Positions 11,846 through 23,895 of a stretch of 64,000 bases of DNA are shown one piece after another. Within the stretch, counting starts at the first letter, position 1. Each line of letters opens with the position of its first letter. The notes below the pieces were generated by a model. That model worked only from the letters and a program-made list of their open reading frames with translations, made no database searches and had not been told where the DNA came from. This DNA is from Atractiella rhizophila. Lineage: Eukaryota. The position numbers were made by a program, and so were the translations under genes. Location of the stretch: contig MU271182.1 of assembly GCA_021432655.1 (NCBI GenBank), forward strand, positions 62,001 through 126,000, read 5' to 3'.

Positions 11846-14069
11846 GTTTCAAGGTTCCCGACTCATGTTATCGTAAGCCGATTGTTCCTCCACGAAGCTA
11901 ACTGCCATGCCTTCTAGGCTGTATGCCTTTCTCCTTCTCAGGGAGTGCTCATCCCTGTTACCATTATCCTACCTTGCTCAACTTCGTGATTATATCCTGA
12001 ATCCAAGCGTGCGGGGTAATAATACCTTACCGTTCTGCCATTAAGGTATTGTCAACGTTCTGCCACAGCGACTTTTTTGTTCTGCCATTGTTGTGCCAGG
12101 CAGGCGGCCACATCAGTTAGCTGCCATGCTGTTTTGGGAGCTTAATTTGAGCTTAACTTTGAATTCTTTTGAGGTGCTCTATTTTTATTGTAATTGTTTT
12201 GTCTTGTGTTGTTCTTTTCGAATCGACCCCATTATGAGAATGCCAAAACAAGATTATCCACTCACAACGAAGAGCCCTTCTCAAGGAGCGAAGGAGGGTC
12301 ATCTTCCGTGGCACGCATTCCTGCAGCTTTCTGATGGTTCGAAGAGCAGAAGATTCAGGATCAGATGTCGCGAGCAAGCGTGCCCGTCTCAATCGACCAT
12401 TTGAGCCATGGGAATCCCTTTATTATATGCTTCTTTGAAATAAATGATATTGCCTAACTGCTAGATATGCCTACAATCCTCTGAAACTGCAATTTAGCGT
12501 TCTGCCCTTCCGCCATTCGCCATGGCAATACCTTATGTTCTGCCATGCCCCAAAATCGTATTGCCCCTAAGGCTACTGAATCCTCTCCTTTTCCCCATCC
12601 TGCATTCCTTCTGCCCCTTGCCCTTCAAAGGTGCCTGGAAGCTCTATTTTTGTCCAGATCAGCCCCTTCCTCGAGTCCGTGTTCCCGCTTACCAAGAAAA
12701 TGTTCAACGCCTCCCTTGTCTTCATTCCAACCTCTTTAGCAAGCATCAAACCTATCCTTGTCCTCCTAACACCGTCGTATGCGAGTCTAGCACTTTCGAT
12801 CGCTTGCCCATTATCGCCACGTCATCACCCGTCGCTTATCGAGGGATAACAGTAGTCCTACACTGTTCTTTTACCTTTCCAGCCCTGCTCATGTTCTGAA
12901 TTCAGCAGCTTGAATCCCCTAATCCAACCAATGCCTCGAAACCTGATTTCGCGGCCAATCCGCTGTTCTTCACCAGACCCTCTAACCTTCCTTCGAGTCG
13001 AAGTGTATGCGAAGTCAGTTTGTTCGTCATGTACTTCCAATCCTTCCTCTCCAGCTGAAACCATTCGCCTGTTATATCATCCTTGCTATGATTCGCAAAA
13101 AATCACTAACCTCTGGCCGAACGTCTTTCACTGCTTGCAAGGCCCCAGCACTAATCTCCATCATTCCTACTTGCAAAGTCCTGACAGCATCACCTTAGTC
13201 TTTGAACTTGGAAGCCAGCCTAGTGTCGTGTTTAGTCACAATTTGGAGGGTTGTGCTGAGGAGGTAGATCTCTGATGCCTCAATCGCTTCCACCCACCTG
13301 AAGAAGGAGAAGATGGAGAGGAGATATTGCGTACGGTGGTGAGGAGAAAATTGGTCGACTCCACCAGATCGAGAAGCTTGGAGAGTCTCAAACGTGTGAC
13401 GGAGGCAGAAGGGTTAGAAGGAAAGAGCGTTAGAAGCAGCAACAAGAGGAGCAACGCCGGAATTGTAATCTCCTTCCACTGTACATTCTTTTGCCTGTCG
13501 TTCCCCATTGATACCTTGATCTACTATCTCTTGTGCTAGGCGATGGGGGAGGATTAGTTTGTTGATGCCTTTACTCGTCTCTTGCGTTCTCAGGTGCTGA
13601 GTTGTGTTATGAGCTCATTGACTCACAACATGTTGTTATCGTAGGATGGGATTGTTACTACTGTGCTATTTACACACTTTATATACGTATGAAATGAGGA
13701 TTCTAGAATAGTCGTAACAAAGTGAAAACACTTGAACAAGGAGCAGATCAACAATCAGGATGAACAATAACAACAACACAAAGATAGTTCGAGAACAACT
13801 ACCACTCCAGCAAGGTGGCAGGATGAATGCTTAACCATAAACCATATCTCCATAGATTAAGGTATAATAAGAAGGGATGATTTCATTCCTGCCAGTTCGA
13901 GGTGTTGTCTTGCCGAAGGAAGAAACTGTACCCTTGACCGTATCTGGTGCAATGCCGCGGGAAGCAAAGAACGGTTGTTGCAACGCCACTTCCTTTGTAA
14001 TCGGGTAAATTTTGTTCACGAAATTGAGTTTTGTTAGAGCCTGTTTGGCAACTTCCACGTTTGAAATTT

Positions 14070-14181
14070 TGGCTGGGGTGAATTGGACGTGAATTGGACC
14101 CTAATCAGGCAATTCATGGTACTGTTTGGCAGCTGAAAAATTGCAATTCACAAATGTGCGAATTGCAATTCACCCCAGCCA
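14070..14181. repeat. 112-bp foldback/MITE-like element with 16-bp perfect inverted repeat
   Basis: TGGCTGGGGTGAATTG (14070-14085) pairs with CAATTCACCCCAGCCA (14166-14181). Internal hairpin AATTGCAATTC..GAATTGCAATT. No TSD seen. Confidence 0.75.
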
Positions 14182-14479
14182 GGATTCGAAAATCGAAATC
14201 GAGCCTTGGAGCTGTATTTCGATCCCAAATTTGTGATTTCGTTGCCGCGAGAACAACCGGACATGTTTCGGACTGCCTGATGATCAGCACTGTCTCCAAC
14301 CAAACAGCTTCCCCTCTGCTTTCTGACAATCATTGCAAGTCTCACCGGTAGGATGCTGTCCTGTCATAGAGACCATGTCTCTCTTCAGTCTCCCTCCAAC
14401 CTATAAAGCAGCCTCCTCAACATCCGTTCCCAATTTGTGCAGCAAACCAAACATTGCTTAGATAATGCGAAACAAACAT

Positions 14480-14988
14480 TGGGTGAAGGAAGCACTGACC
14501 AGCGGACATCTGCCCTTTTTATACCGCCGGACAATGTATGGCATCTTCGCCTCCACCTTGGCCAATGAATCTACATCTCCGTACTGTTCAAGTGCTCTCC
14601 AAATGGCGCTCCTTATGTCGGATTTCAAGCTTCACAAATGCATGGTAAACAGGTTGAGCCTTCACCGACTCGTCTTCTTCTCCGTAGAACTCCATTGCCA
14701 TGTGAAAGATTTCCCTCGCTCGATCCAATATCCCATGCACCTCCTCAAACTTTGGCCATTTAATACATATCCTTGTTCCCGGATGACAATTGACAACCTC
14801 TCAGCCACATTACTTGCACGGTCCAGTTACCCATACCTTACCTCCGTTTTGACATATGCGCTCCAAGCCTTTCATCTGGCTCCCATCCAGCGCTTGAATA
14901 TCTGCGAGCGCCGCTCGCATTCCCCAAGAGTTCATCAAGGAATACGTATTTGTACCAGAGCTGGTCCAGATGGGGGAGAAGGGTGAAA
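14480..14988 (-). pseudogene. CLF1: CLF1/crooked-neck (CRNKL1) splicing factor pseudogene, 3' piece with large internal deletion
   Basis: Reverse strand reads FTLLPHLDQLWYKYVFLDELLGNASGAR, WSAYVKTE, EFYGEEDESVKAQPVYHAFVKLEIRHKE, then jumps to C-terminal-like LEQYGDVDSLAKVEAKMP. Frameshifts and stops present. Confidence 0.88.
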
Positions 14989-15564
14989 CTCTATGAAAAC
15001 AGGGTTCGGTAAGAATTCTGTCAGTTCCGTCAAAAGCCAGTTACTGCGCGGGCGAAGTTCAGTCTGCCAAAAGTGACTGAATGTTCGACAGTCCGATGTC
15101 AGCAGTTTTTCAGCTCCGTTTCGGTGTGGTGCTTGTATCAATGCCGTCCGTCGTCTGTCGACAAGGTTCTCAGCTCATATTGTACTTCTTGTTCTAGCGC
15201 GCCAGTACCAGTAGTAGGCATTAGAAAGTCAGAAGGTATCGTCCCACTGTCACGTTTGTGTATTGTGTAAACTGATAGATATTGTCTTTCGCAGGTGGGT
15301 TCCCTTCACTACTTCCGACGACGCCTCTCCCCTCCACCTTCCTCCCGTTCCCCGACAACTGGGATCTGTTTTTCGCACCGTATCTGTAATGGAATGGAGA
15401 GTGACGGAGAGGGATTTAATGATTGTAGTTGTTGCATGGCTTTCATCGATGAGCTTTTTGTCGGTATGTCAGTCTTTGGTGTTGAATTTTCAAACAGAGG
15501 CTGCACACCGCATATCAAATAGATTCTGTATCTCAGATCTTGCTGTCTTTAAGATAATATTATA

Positions 15565-18500
15565 TTACTCTGTATCCTCCTCCAAGCGGCTGTCTACATC
15601 GTAGGTCCAAGGATTCTTCTTGAGAACATAAACTTTGGACGGAGAGGTGGCCGGTTGAAAGATGCCAATCAACTCTTTGACTGTGCTGCCCTGCTTCGTC
15701 CCACCTTCCCAAAAGAGTCTCTCCTGGGAGAGTTTGTGCAACAGAAATACAACGGCTGACAACAATGTGTGTTGCGCTGGAAACCGCTAGATTGGCGGGC
15801 AATCTTATGTATATTATTGCCTCGGCATATCCTTCCCTCCCGCCATATTCATACTTTCCATAAATCAGTCAAGCTATGAGAGAAAATAGATCACATGACT
15901 TACAACGATGCAACGTGCTCGCCTTACAGCATTACATTGCCGACTTTCATTTTCCAATGAGCGAACCACTGTTCCGTCTGCAAGGTGCATTTTGCCTGAC
16001 TTCTCTGATTGAGAATATATCCTAGCAACGTCTTCGCTTTCATATTCAGTTCCCATAATGGACGTAAGGTAAGACTGAAGTGCGGTTAAGATGCCGCTTT
16101 CAAGAGCAGAATCAAACGTCCTAGACCATGATTTGGTGGAAAAAGTGTTTGTTCTTTTTGTAGGTTTAGGAGAGGTGTCAATGCGAGGAATGTAGAGCTT
16201 GAGAATATTCAGTTGTTCGCGCCGGATCAAGTTATTCGCTAGTTCGGCATATGGCAGTCTTCGTGAACCCAGCTTGTCTTTCTCAGTTCCTAGATTTCGC
16301 TCCAAAGGAAGTTGTGTGAAGTTCATTAGGCTTCCTAGAATCTTGCTCAAGGGAACAATATGCAGAAGCTGATGCAGGCTCATTGGAACACGGCGAACCA
16401 GAGCAGGGATGTTCCGCACGTAGAGCTCCTCAAATCCAGTGCAAAAGCCGCTCATGAAGGAACCTGCACTTTGAAGTTGTGATAAAGAGGCGGCATGGAT
16501 GTTTGTGATGATTTTGACTGCAGAGACAAAGTTCGTCCAATGTTGTATGAGCTCGATGTGGAAGCCAACTTCCAGCAATATGGGAATGGAATGCCAATGC
16601 ACCCATCCAAGCCACTCATATATTGAATATCGCGTATTGCGGAACTTGTCTAGATTGCGAATGCGGTTTGAGAAGCGTGCTGGCAAATCAATTACCGCGT
16701 TGTCCATAAGCTCACCAACAAGGATTTTCTGATCTGTAGAAAGAAGGTGTCGGTCTCCTTCAACAGGCTCCACCTTTCCGCTCCATAAGTCCCATAGATG
16801 GGGAGTTACATTCTCATAGAGAAGGTGGGCAAGATCCGGTGGAAAGAAGAAAGTTGGGAAGAAAGTCGCAAGCCTGGACCAGATTACACACTTTACAATT
16901 CCAAACTCAGTTCGTAGCTTTTCTCTTCGTGTCTGATTTGGTGCATTTTCGATTTGTTCAAGATATTCGAAATAGGACTCGTTTGTTCGAAGAGGGAGAG
17001 CATCTGGATTACAAGTGTCCGGTCGATTTGCGTTAAGGTTCGTAAAGGGAGACAGCTGGTCATAACCCTGAAGCGAGGTGTCGTCAGAGGAAAGTAGTTG
17101 GTACTGACATTTGGTGCAGGCCGACATCCTCTCAATAGACAAACCTGCACCCACGAACCCCCTGGTGTCCTGTCATTCCATTCATCTTCTGGGAACCAGG
17201 CATATCGGCACAACATGCGCAAAGGTATCCTTTCCATAGGAAGGGGCGTTCTTCTACGCTATCCACATCCACACTCCTAGAGATGCTTGTGCAAAATCTT
17301 CCACAAATGGATAGAAAAAACTCTCGATATTGACAGGAGGGTTTGGCCCAGGAATGGCAGCAATTGGCAGCTCGATTGTGTCCTGCATCCTGCCTCTCTT
17401 CTGTAGGAACATTAAAGATTTGAAGCATAATCATCCAAACCTCTCCTTTCTTCTTCATGCTAAGCTGAGCACCATCAGTGGACAGGGAGAAAAACCCAGT
17501 ACGAGGATCATCAGAGAGGTTCAGACATTGTTGTAACGTTTGAAGAAGTTCACCATCTGCCAAATCCTTATATACTCGATCCGCTTCGTTTGCCAAAGCG
17601 AGACCTTGCATCAGAGTTCTGTAGTTGCTCCGCATCAATGCCGCCATTCTTCGATCACAAAGTAGGCACGGACTCGATTGAGAAAGTCCAGAGTAAGGTA
17701 TTCGTGTTGCGGTTTAGGATGTTCTCTGCCTTCCCTAGGGCAATAACGAGGTGCGTTACACTTGACTACCTTGCCATCGATATTCCGCACACAGGGACAA
17801 AACTTCAAATGATCATATGGCCCAATAAATGCCATGCAAGAGTTCACACACATGTCGTGCCGGCGAGGAGACACTCTGGTGAGTTGCTCGATATGTTTGG
17901 TCGTTTCGTAAAGTGACAGAATTTTGTTGCCTTGTGCACGCAGATTATTTGCATATCGATTGTAATGCTCAACTCTTCCATTGGTTTTGGCCCAAGCATA
18001 CCAGTGACAAAGGCTTGGAAGTAGCTCTTCGTCATCAGGAGAAACTGATGGCGGGAAAGTGGGTAGATCTGGTGGAGTATTGTCGGGAGGTAGAAGGTGA
18101 GGAAATTCTTGCTTGAGTTCCTCATACCGACGTCGGAAACTCTGTGCAGTCCACTTGTCCGGATCGATGCCGCCTTGATCATGTCCCTCACTACCACTCT
18201 CAGGATTGGCCATCCCCTCACCGCCATCTTCAATGTGTGATCCCTCTAATCCTGCCGAATTCTCCACGCCTTCTTCTTCGGATTCTCCTGCCATGTACGA
18301 TCCCATCTGCACGTCTGCAAAATGATATTGCCCATCTAGATGCAGGTGCAGTTCATCGTCCGACTCTTGATCTTCATTATCCTCTGTTATGGCTTGATGG
18401 AGAGGAGAAGGAGAAAGGGTTGAGAGTGTGGAGAGGTCGTGATGTACATCAGTTGGAGTATTTTTCGAGCTGCAAGGCAATTAGCGGATTGTCAGGTGAA

Positions 18501-18839
18501 TGAATATAAGTGCGTACCTTCCTAAGCTTGATGCCATTATATCCAGCATGAGTTCTGCATGTTGTTCTTCTGCAGTCTCGTCTCCATCATCTCTCTGATT
18601 TTCAAGTGCTTGCTGTCTTCTTAAGGCAGATATGGCCGTAGCGGTACTTGGTTGAAGAAATCCAGAGCCACCTGCAACTCTGACATAATAGGGAGACCCT
18701 GTGAGTGCAAAAGTTGTGCGAGAGTGAGATCTTTGATGTGATGCTCTCGAATAGTTCTGGGATCAAGCCAAACCGGCTGTCCATTCCGCTTTTCACAACA
18801 CTTTTTGGAATAGCAGAGACATGGCTCTTTGGCTCGCAT
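15565..18839 (-). pseudogene. CACTA/Tnp2-type transposase of the 6.8-kb element, spliced, several frameshifts
   Basis: N-terminal CLC..C..TIREH segment, then HDMCVNSCMAF..CPC..CNAPRY, SLSTDG, CADMPGSQKMNGMTGHQGVRGCRF, PDLAHLLYEN, MSLHQLLH, QLPLERNLG, GKMHLADGTVVRS. Intron ~18471-18518. Confidence 0.9.
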
Positions 18840-19029
18840 TCTGATGCCAATTCTGCCGTGGCATAAAGCTATTGGTAAAGAAGAGTTTTGAAGAGATTGC
18901 TTCTGATTTATTTGCAGATAAATGACTAGCAGGCACCTTGTAGAATCACGTGCAGCTACAGTGCAAAAAAATATTTTTTTTACTTTCCAAAACAGCCACT
19001 GACCTTCTCAACTTCAGACTCAACACCAC

Positions 19030-21480
19030 ATGCTACACGGTCTAACAGCGACTTGTCAGCACTTTTAGGATCATCTCCTGGCCTTATGGCCAAGGAACCT
19101 ATTCAACCGCTCTCTCATTCAATGCCCTTGCACAGGAAGCTCGACCAACCCCAAATCTCTCCTCCAACAACCTTCAACTCCTCCTTAGTTCGTTCCTTGA
19201 AAATCAAGACAATTTCAAGGCTCGTATTGCTGAGGCAGACCAGGACAGAATGTATCAACGAAGTCGAATTGTGGACTGGGAGGCAAAGAATCAGGAACTG
19301 CAACTAAAGAACTGCGAACTGGACTCGCTCACAAAATGTGTGTCTTTCTTGTTCTACTTTCATTTCAATGACAGCGTGATGGAGTGTTTACAACACCACA
19401 ACCAATGCATCGCCCACCTGAATATCCAATCGAAGTGTTGTGGGATGAGAAAGATGCAAAGGATGTGCCTGATGCAGAGTGGAAGGCAAAAAATCCAACC
19501 CGCTTTGCTAATAGCCATCTGCTGCGTAACCCAGATGGGTCAAAATATTCATCAGATGAAGTCAGGCAGGTAGAGGATGAGTTTCTACCTGTTGCGATCG
19601 CTGTCATGTTGCAGAAAATCCCGGTGGACTCTTTTCCAGATAAAAAACTATCTTTTCAGTTTCTTAAAGGGCATCCGCATGTCATCCAGCTTGGTTGTCA
19701 ATCTCTAGTCAGCTCAGATTCCAGAAGTGGCCTATGTTATAATAACTGGAAGGCAAAGAAGCTCATTCAAAACTATATTGCGAATCGGAATGACGCTCGG
19801 AGAAAGAAGGAGAGAAAAGGCTTGTCAAGAGCAAGAAATCAAGCAGACAGGACAAACACTTTGGTGTGTATTGCTTTTGAACATTCTTTGCTGAGTAACG
19901 AACCTGGTTTGTTATTCGATAGCCTGAAGTAGAAATTATTTCAAACTTGCATACACAGGTAAGCTTAGTTCCATCCTCAATGTGAACCTTTCTTGATTGG
20001 AGCTGGTGCAGGGAAACATCCAAAAATTTCTGGAAACAACCACAAGAAACTGGCCCCATGTTTGTCTCTTTCTTTGTTGATTGATTGGTATTGATTACAG
20101 CTGCTAGGGAGCACTTCATCAGATTAGCACCCAAACTTCCCTCCCCAGTCAACCGTTCAAAGTGCAGTCAAGAGCAAACGTATGTGCTTTATCCACATTG
20201 GCCAGATTCTAACCAGTTTGGTAGCCTCAGTTCAAAATGTCAGTAGAATCCGAAACAACCACTGGTTTGTCAGCGCTTGCCAACGTAGCGATTGAAATTG
20301 ATCTGTCTCCCACTGGTACGCCCTTTCTCCGCCAGCTGTCCTGCTTATAACGCTGCAGGACTCTTTTCCACTCGCCTTCCATCCGTTCCTCGTGTAACGG
20401 AGTTGCTTCAACTTATCAGAGAGCTGGAGGATCTCAATTTCCCATCTCAACCTGCTCATCCCGCTCTGGAACATATTATCCGGCAGCTTTCTACGGCCCA
20501 GGATAATCCTGACGATGAAGACCATGGCGACTTTATGTTTTTACATGATGTTCTGAGCTTGAATTGGAGGACTCACACAAAGATCTATGATTCTTTAGGT
20601 TCTCTGACCAACATTTTACGCTTTTGCAGGTCTGGGACGCTCGATTATTATTTCACGCACATCCTCTCTACAGATATCGAAAACGCCGGAAGCAACTCAG
20701 GTTCAAAAAGAGAACGGGGGGAAATCCCTCTTGGACGCATATGCACCACAAGTTGTCGAGATGCTGCTCACTACTCTCTATGAAGAACATGCAAAGAGGG
20801 TCCTGGGCAAGAAACTCGTGAGTACCTCAATTCTGCTTCCCCATTAGCGTTGATTAGCAGGATGCAACAGAAGACACGCACGGCAATGTCTAACGTCAGT
20901 GGCAGCAATGTCAATACCTTTGAAAAGAAAGCGTCAGGTATGTTCCAACTTAAACAAAGAACTTCACTGATGAAGGGTAATACTACAGGACATAGAAACA
21001 AGCGTAACCACCCAAGAGGGCTCTACCACCGCTGTTTTGATGGAATCCAAACAAGACAGGGTTGTTGAGCCTGAAGGAAAGAAGAAATGGGTAATTAAAC
21101 TGAAAGTGCCTCCGTCCGATGGCAGTAACCCCCTCTCGAAGGCAAGTTGTTCACTCCTCTCTGCATTTTTTCCAATAAATTTCCTCTTACAGTGAACGAG
21201 ATCAAAAAGAGTAACCGGCGCCTCAAGTAACGGCAGTGGTGAAGCCGAAGTATAATCACAGGTACACATCTAATTTTCATCATAAGAACAGCAAGCTGAC
21301 ATGACGTTGGACAGGATTCTCCTTTTTTGTAGCCGAACCAAGGTGAGTCCCTTGTGCTGCATCTGCTGAAACAAACCAAATAGTGATTACAGATACTCGT
21401 CGGCCCGGAGTCTCCCACCACAGTGCTGTCTGGCACATTCCTCATGCAACGTTCCGGATCCTTCTCAGTCTGACATTGGA
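19030..21480 (+). pseudogene. Accessory multi-exon gene of unknown function inside the 6.8-kb element, divergent from the transposase
   Basis: ORF pieces 19250-19340 (coiled-coil-like), 19384-19932 (LWDEKD...GLCYNNWKAKKLIQNY) and 20292-20783, separated by GT-AG intron-like segments and frameshifts. The 3' limit is uncertain. Confidence 0.6.
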
Positions 21481-21819
21481 TCGTTTCTTCATACAGATCA
21501 ATCAAAGTCTAACCACTTTATACTTATATAGTTGAGGTATAATGAATTGCAAATGCATAGTATTGAATATCCAACGATGATGACGGCCAGGAAATTAACT
21601 GAGGCGTGTTGAATTTCAACTGAATATGAGTGAAAACCAACTGACTAAGGCTAGTGAGTTCCGTGCCGAGCGTACTGAATATTCACTGCAGCACACTGAG
21701 TTAAAAGTCGTTTCGATTGGCACAAACTGAAGTCTGGTCAGTCAAAATTCGGTCACAACTCAAGCATTGACTTCGCGCTGACATCCAACTGACAAACGAC
21801 GGAATCCGTTTTCATAGAG

Positions 21820-22230
21820 GGTGAAAGCTCGATCGAAGACGTTGCGCCTGTTGAATGTCACGCGCTGTGAGCTCCATCTCCGTATGTGACATCTACACCT
21901 TTATTTCAGCCGGAGAGACGTCGAGGGCCTTCTCGTAGACCGACCTCGAGCGATCGTACTCTCCTTTGAGACTTCCCATGAAGCATATTTCACCATGGTT
22001 TCATCCACATTCAAGAGAATCATGGACTTTACACCGTGTCCCATGTTGCTCAAGAACAAAGGGATCGTGAACAGTGATACGAGTCCTCCTAATCGTTTCC
22101 TCAAACTCCTTCCTCTTTCCCGCCGAGTACGCACTGAGCTCTTCGAAATCCTCAATTCGTTGGCAGGGAGCAATATCTTTGGGTTCTTGCAGTTCCTGCG
22201 CTTCACGAAGATATTTATCTATGGTTGATT
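21820..22230 (-). pseudogene. CLF1: CLF1/crooked-neck pseudogene, 5' piece
   Basis: Reverse strand reads LREAQELQEP..APCQRIEDFEELSAYSAGKRKEFEETIRRTR, VKYASWE, RSVYEKALDVSP, TEMELTARD, FDRAFT, the N-terminal HAT-repeat region of crooked neck. Confidence 0.9.
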
Positions 22231-23519
22231 GAAGCACCAGACAAGATATAAATGGACCAAAGTTAGCTTCAATTTGAGAAAAGACGTAGAAAAACTTCAT
22301 CAACACAGGCTTGGAGTCCAAAAACTTGGATTCTCCACGAACTTACTTGGTTCGTCCTTCTCTGCTCCTGGTGAAAATGGAAGTTGGGGAGCTGACGATG
22401 AAGAAAACACAACCCGTGGCAGCAAGCACAATCCCGGTGAGAGAAAACCCTTGCCTGGTGAGATGAGGAATGCCGGCATGTGAGGCAATCGAAGCTGGGA
22501 TGGCTGCTAAAAGGCGATGCAAAGTGCTGAGCAGCATTTGAGGGAGTAGAGACTTCCCAGGAAATTTGAGCGGACAACAAATGACGATGGTGGCGGGGCA
22601 GTGACCTCAAGAATAAGTCTTATCATTCTCCCCTCCTGTCAAGGCGACGCCTGTCACGTAGAGAACACAAGAGATAGAGGAGATCCAACCCGGTGATAGC
22701 AAAGCCGCTCCTGGCCTCTACGGAAGGGAAGATTCGCAGCGATGGGAGCAGCGAGAGCGGATAAAGCTATCGAAGGATTTAAAGCCCTCCTCACCTCTCG
22801 GAGTCTGGCAGAATAACTCATTTTCAGATATGCATCGTAACGACTTGAAGTGTTGTCAATTGTGTTGGATTTGATACGCAGACGATGCGCCAGCAGATCT
22901 GGTCGGCGGTTAGTTGTGAAAGTGAGAGAACGATGTACTAGATAAAACCTTCCTGCTGGCTCGTGATCCGGGTGAAAGTCTGATACATCCCCTCTTGCAG
23001 CCATATGCTGTTGACTGGGCTTCACAGACAGCCAGAAATGACGACCTAATATGAAGGCTATAGCCGTCCGGCTTGGTGGAAAGGATGGTGAGCTCAAAAC
23101 GTACAAGAGGATACGAGACTTCGTGGTATATCCATGAGAATCCATGAGTTAACGAAGTTTCTCTTCTGTACTGGGGGAAACTGATAGACCACACTGACTC
23201 CAGATGTTTTTGAGTGAGGAATTGGCTTAGAACACTTCACAACGCGGAGCTCACACAGGGTGTCTCATGCGATGTCCTCTGGTTTCAGGAAAACACAAGG
23301 TGATTGAGTAGTGCTTATCGAGACTGTTGAACCAGGGGCTCCCTCATGAGGATTCTTGGGGTTATCCACTGTGAAGTCTCGCCGACATGGGGACATGTTG
23401 GTGGTGAAACAAGGGAGGGACATCCGTGTCAAATGAGGTGAAAGTTCAACCTATCAAAGGAGACCCAACAAGAACATTGAACATTGGTTCATCAACAATT
23501 CACCTCCTGAGCTCATCTA

Positions 23520-23895
23520 GCTTGTTGGCACTCTAGGTTCCCTCATCTCACCTCTCCAGCGGACGGCTTCTCTCATGGACAGGATTCTCCTTATTCCTGA
23601 TGATGCCTTGCGGAGGCTTATCATCAAGTGGAGGGTGGGACGTTTCGGGTTCAACCACCCTTGCTCTTGTGGTCTCCCTTCTTCTCGCGGTCATGTTAGC
23701 TGTTTGATTTCATCCTTAGGTTTCTTTTCTTCTGCTAATTCTCCCTTCATGGATCTCTCTTTCTTTTCCAAAGTGCCTCTTCCCTCTATTCCCAACTCCT
23801 CTCTCTTAGATGCTATCATTGGTCATAGAAATAGTGCTTTCTCCTCTATAGCCTATCAGACACTTCTTGTTTGGTCTGATTTCTTACACAGATAA
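23520..23895 (+). mobile_element. Probable LINE ORF2 C-terminal fragment (Cys/His region)
   Basis: RRLIIKWRVGRFGFNHPCSCGLPSSRGHVSC resembles the C-terminal CxC..H..C region of fungal non-LTR ORF2 proteins. No RT is adjacent. Confidence 0.4.

Larger units (their letters stand above)
14989..21819 (-). mobile_element. Complete 6831-bp DNA transposon: CACTA/Tnp2-type transposase + divergent accessory gene, terminal inverted repeat (TIR) CTCTATGAAAAC, 7-bp TSD GGTGAAA
   Basis: TIRs 14989-15000 and 21808-21819 (12 bp perfect, imperfect to ~35 bp). GGTGAAA at 14982-14988 and 21820-21826. TCAGTT/AACTGA subterminal repeats at both ends. The flanks rejoin as in-frame CLF1. Confidence 0.92.

Noticed and set aside
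12570..14060. Degenerate coding-like pieces and a purine tract before TGTTG at ~13545-13565
   Set aside because: No recognisable family motif and no matching LTR end or TSD.
14980..21826. 9-bp TSD AGGGTGAAA instead of 7 bp
   Set aside because: It would consume the last two bases of the right TIR and make the termini asymmetric. 7 bp with symmetric CTC..GAG ends is more parsimonious, though not formally excluded from one copy.
22620..23300. Possible solo LTR
   Set aside because: Paired TG..CA ends with a TSD or a second copy could not be identified.
2415..23895. The fragment at 23520-23895 as the displaced 3' end of the LINE at 1-2415
   Set aside because: No TSD or junction continuity, and the intervening RNase H/linker sequence is not visible.
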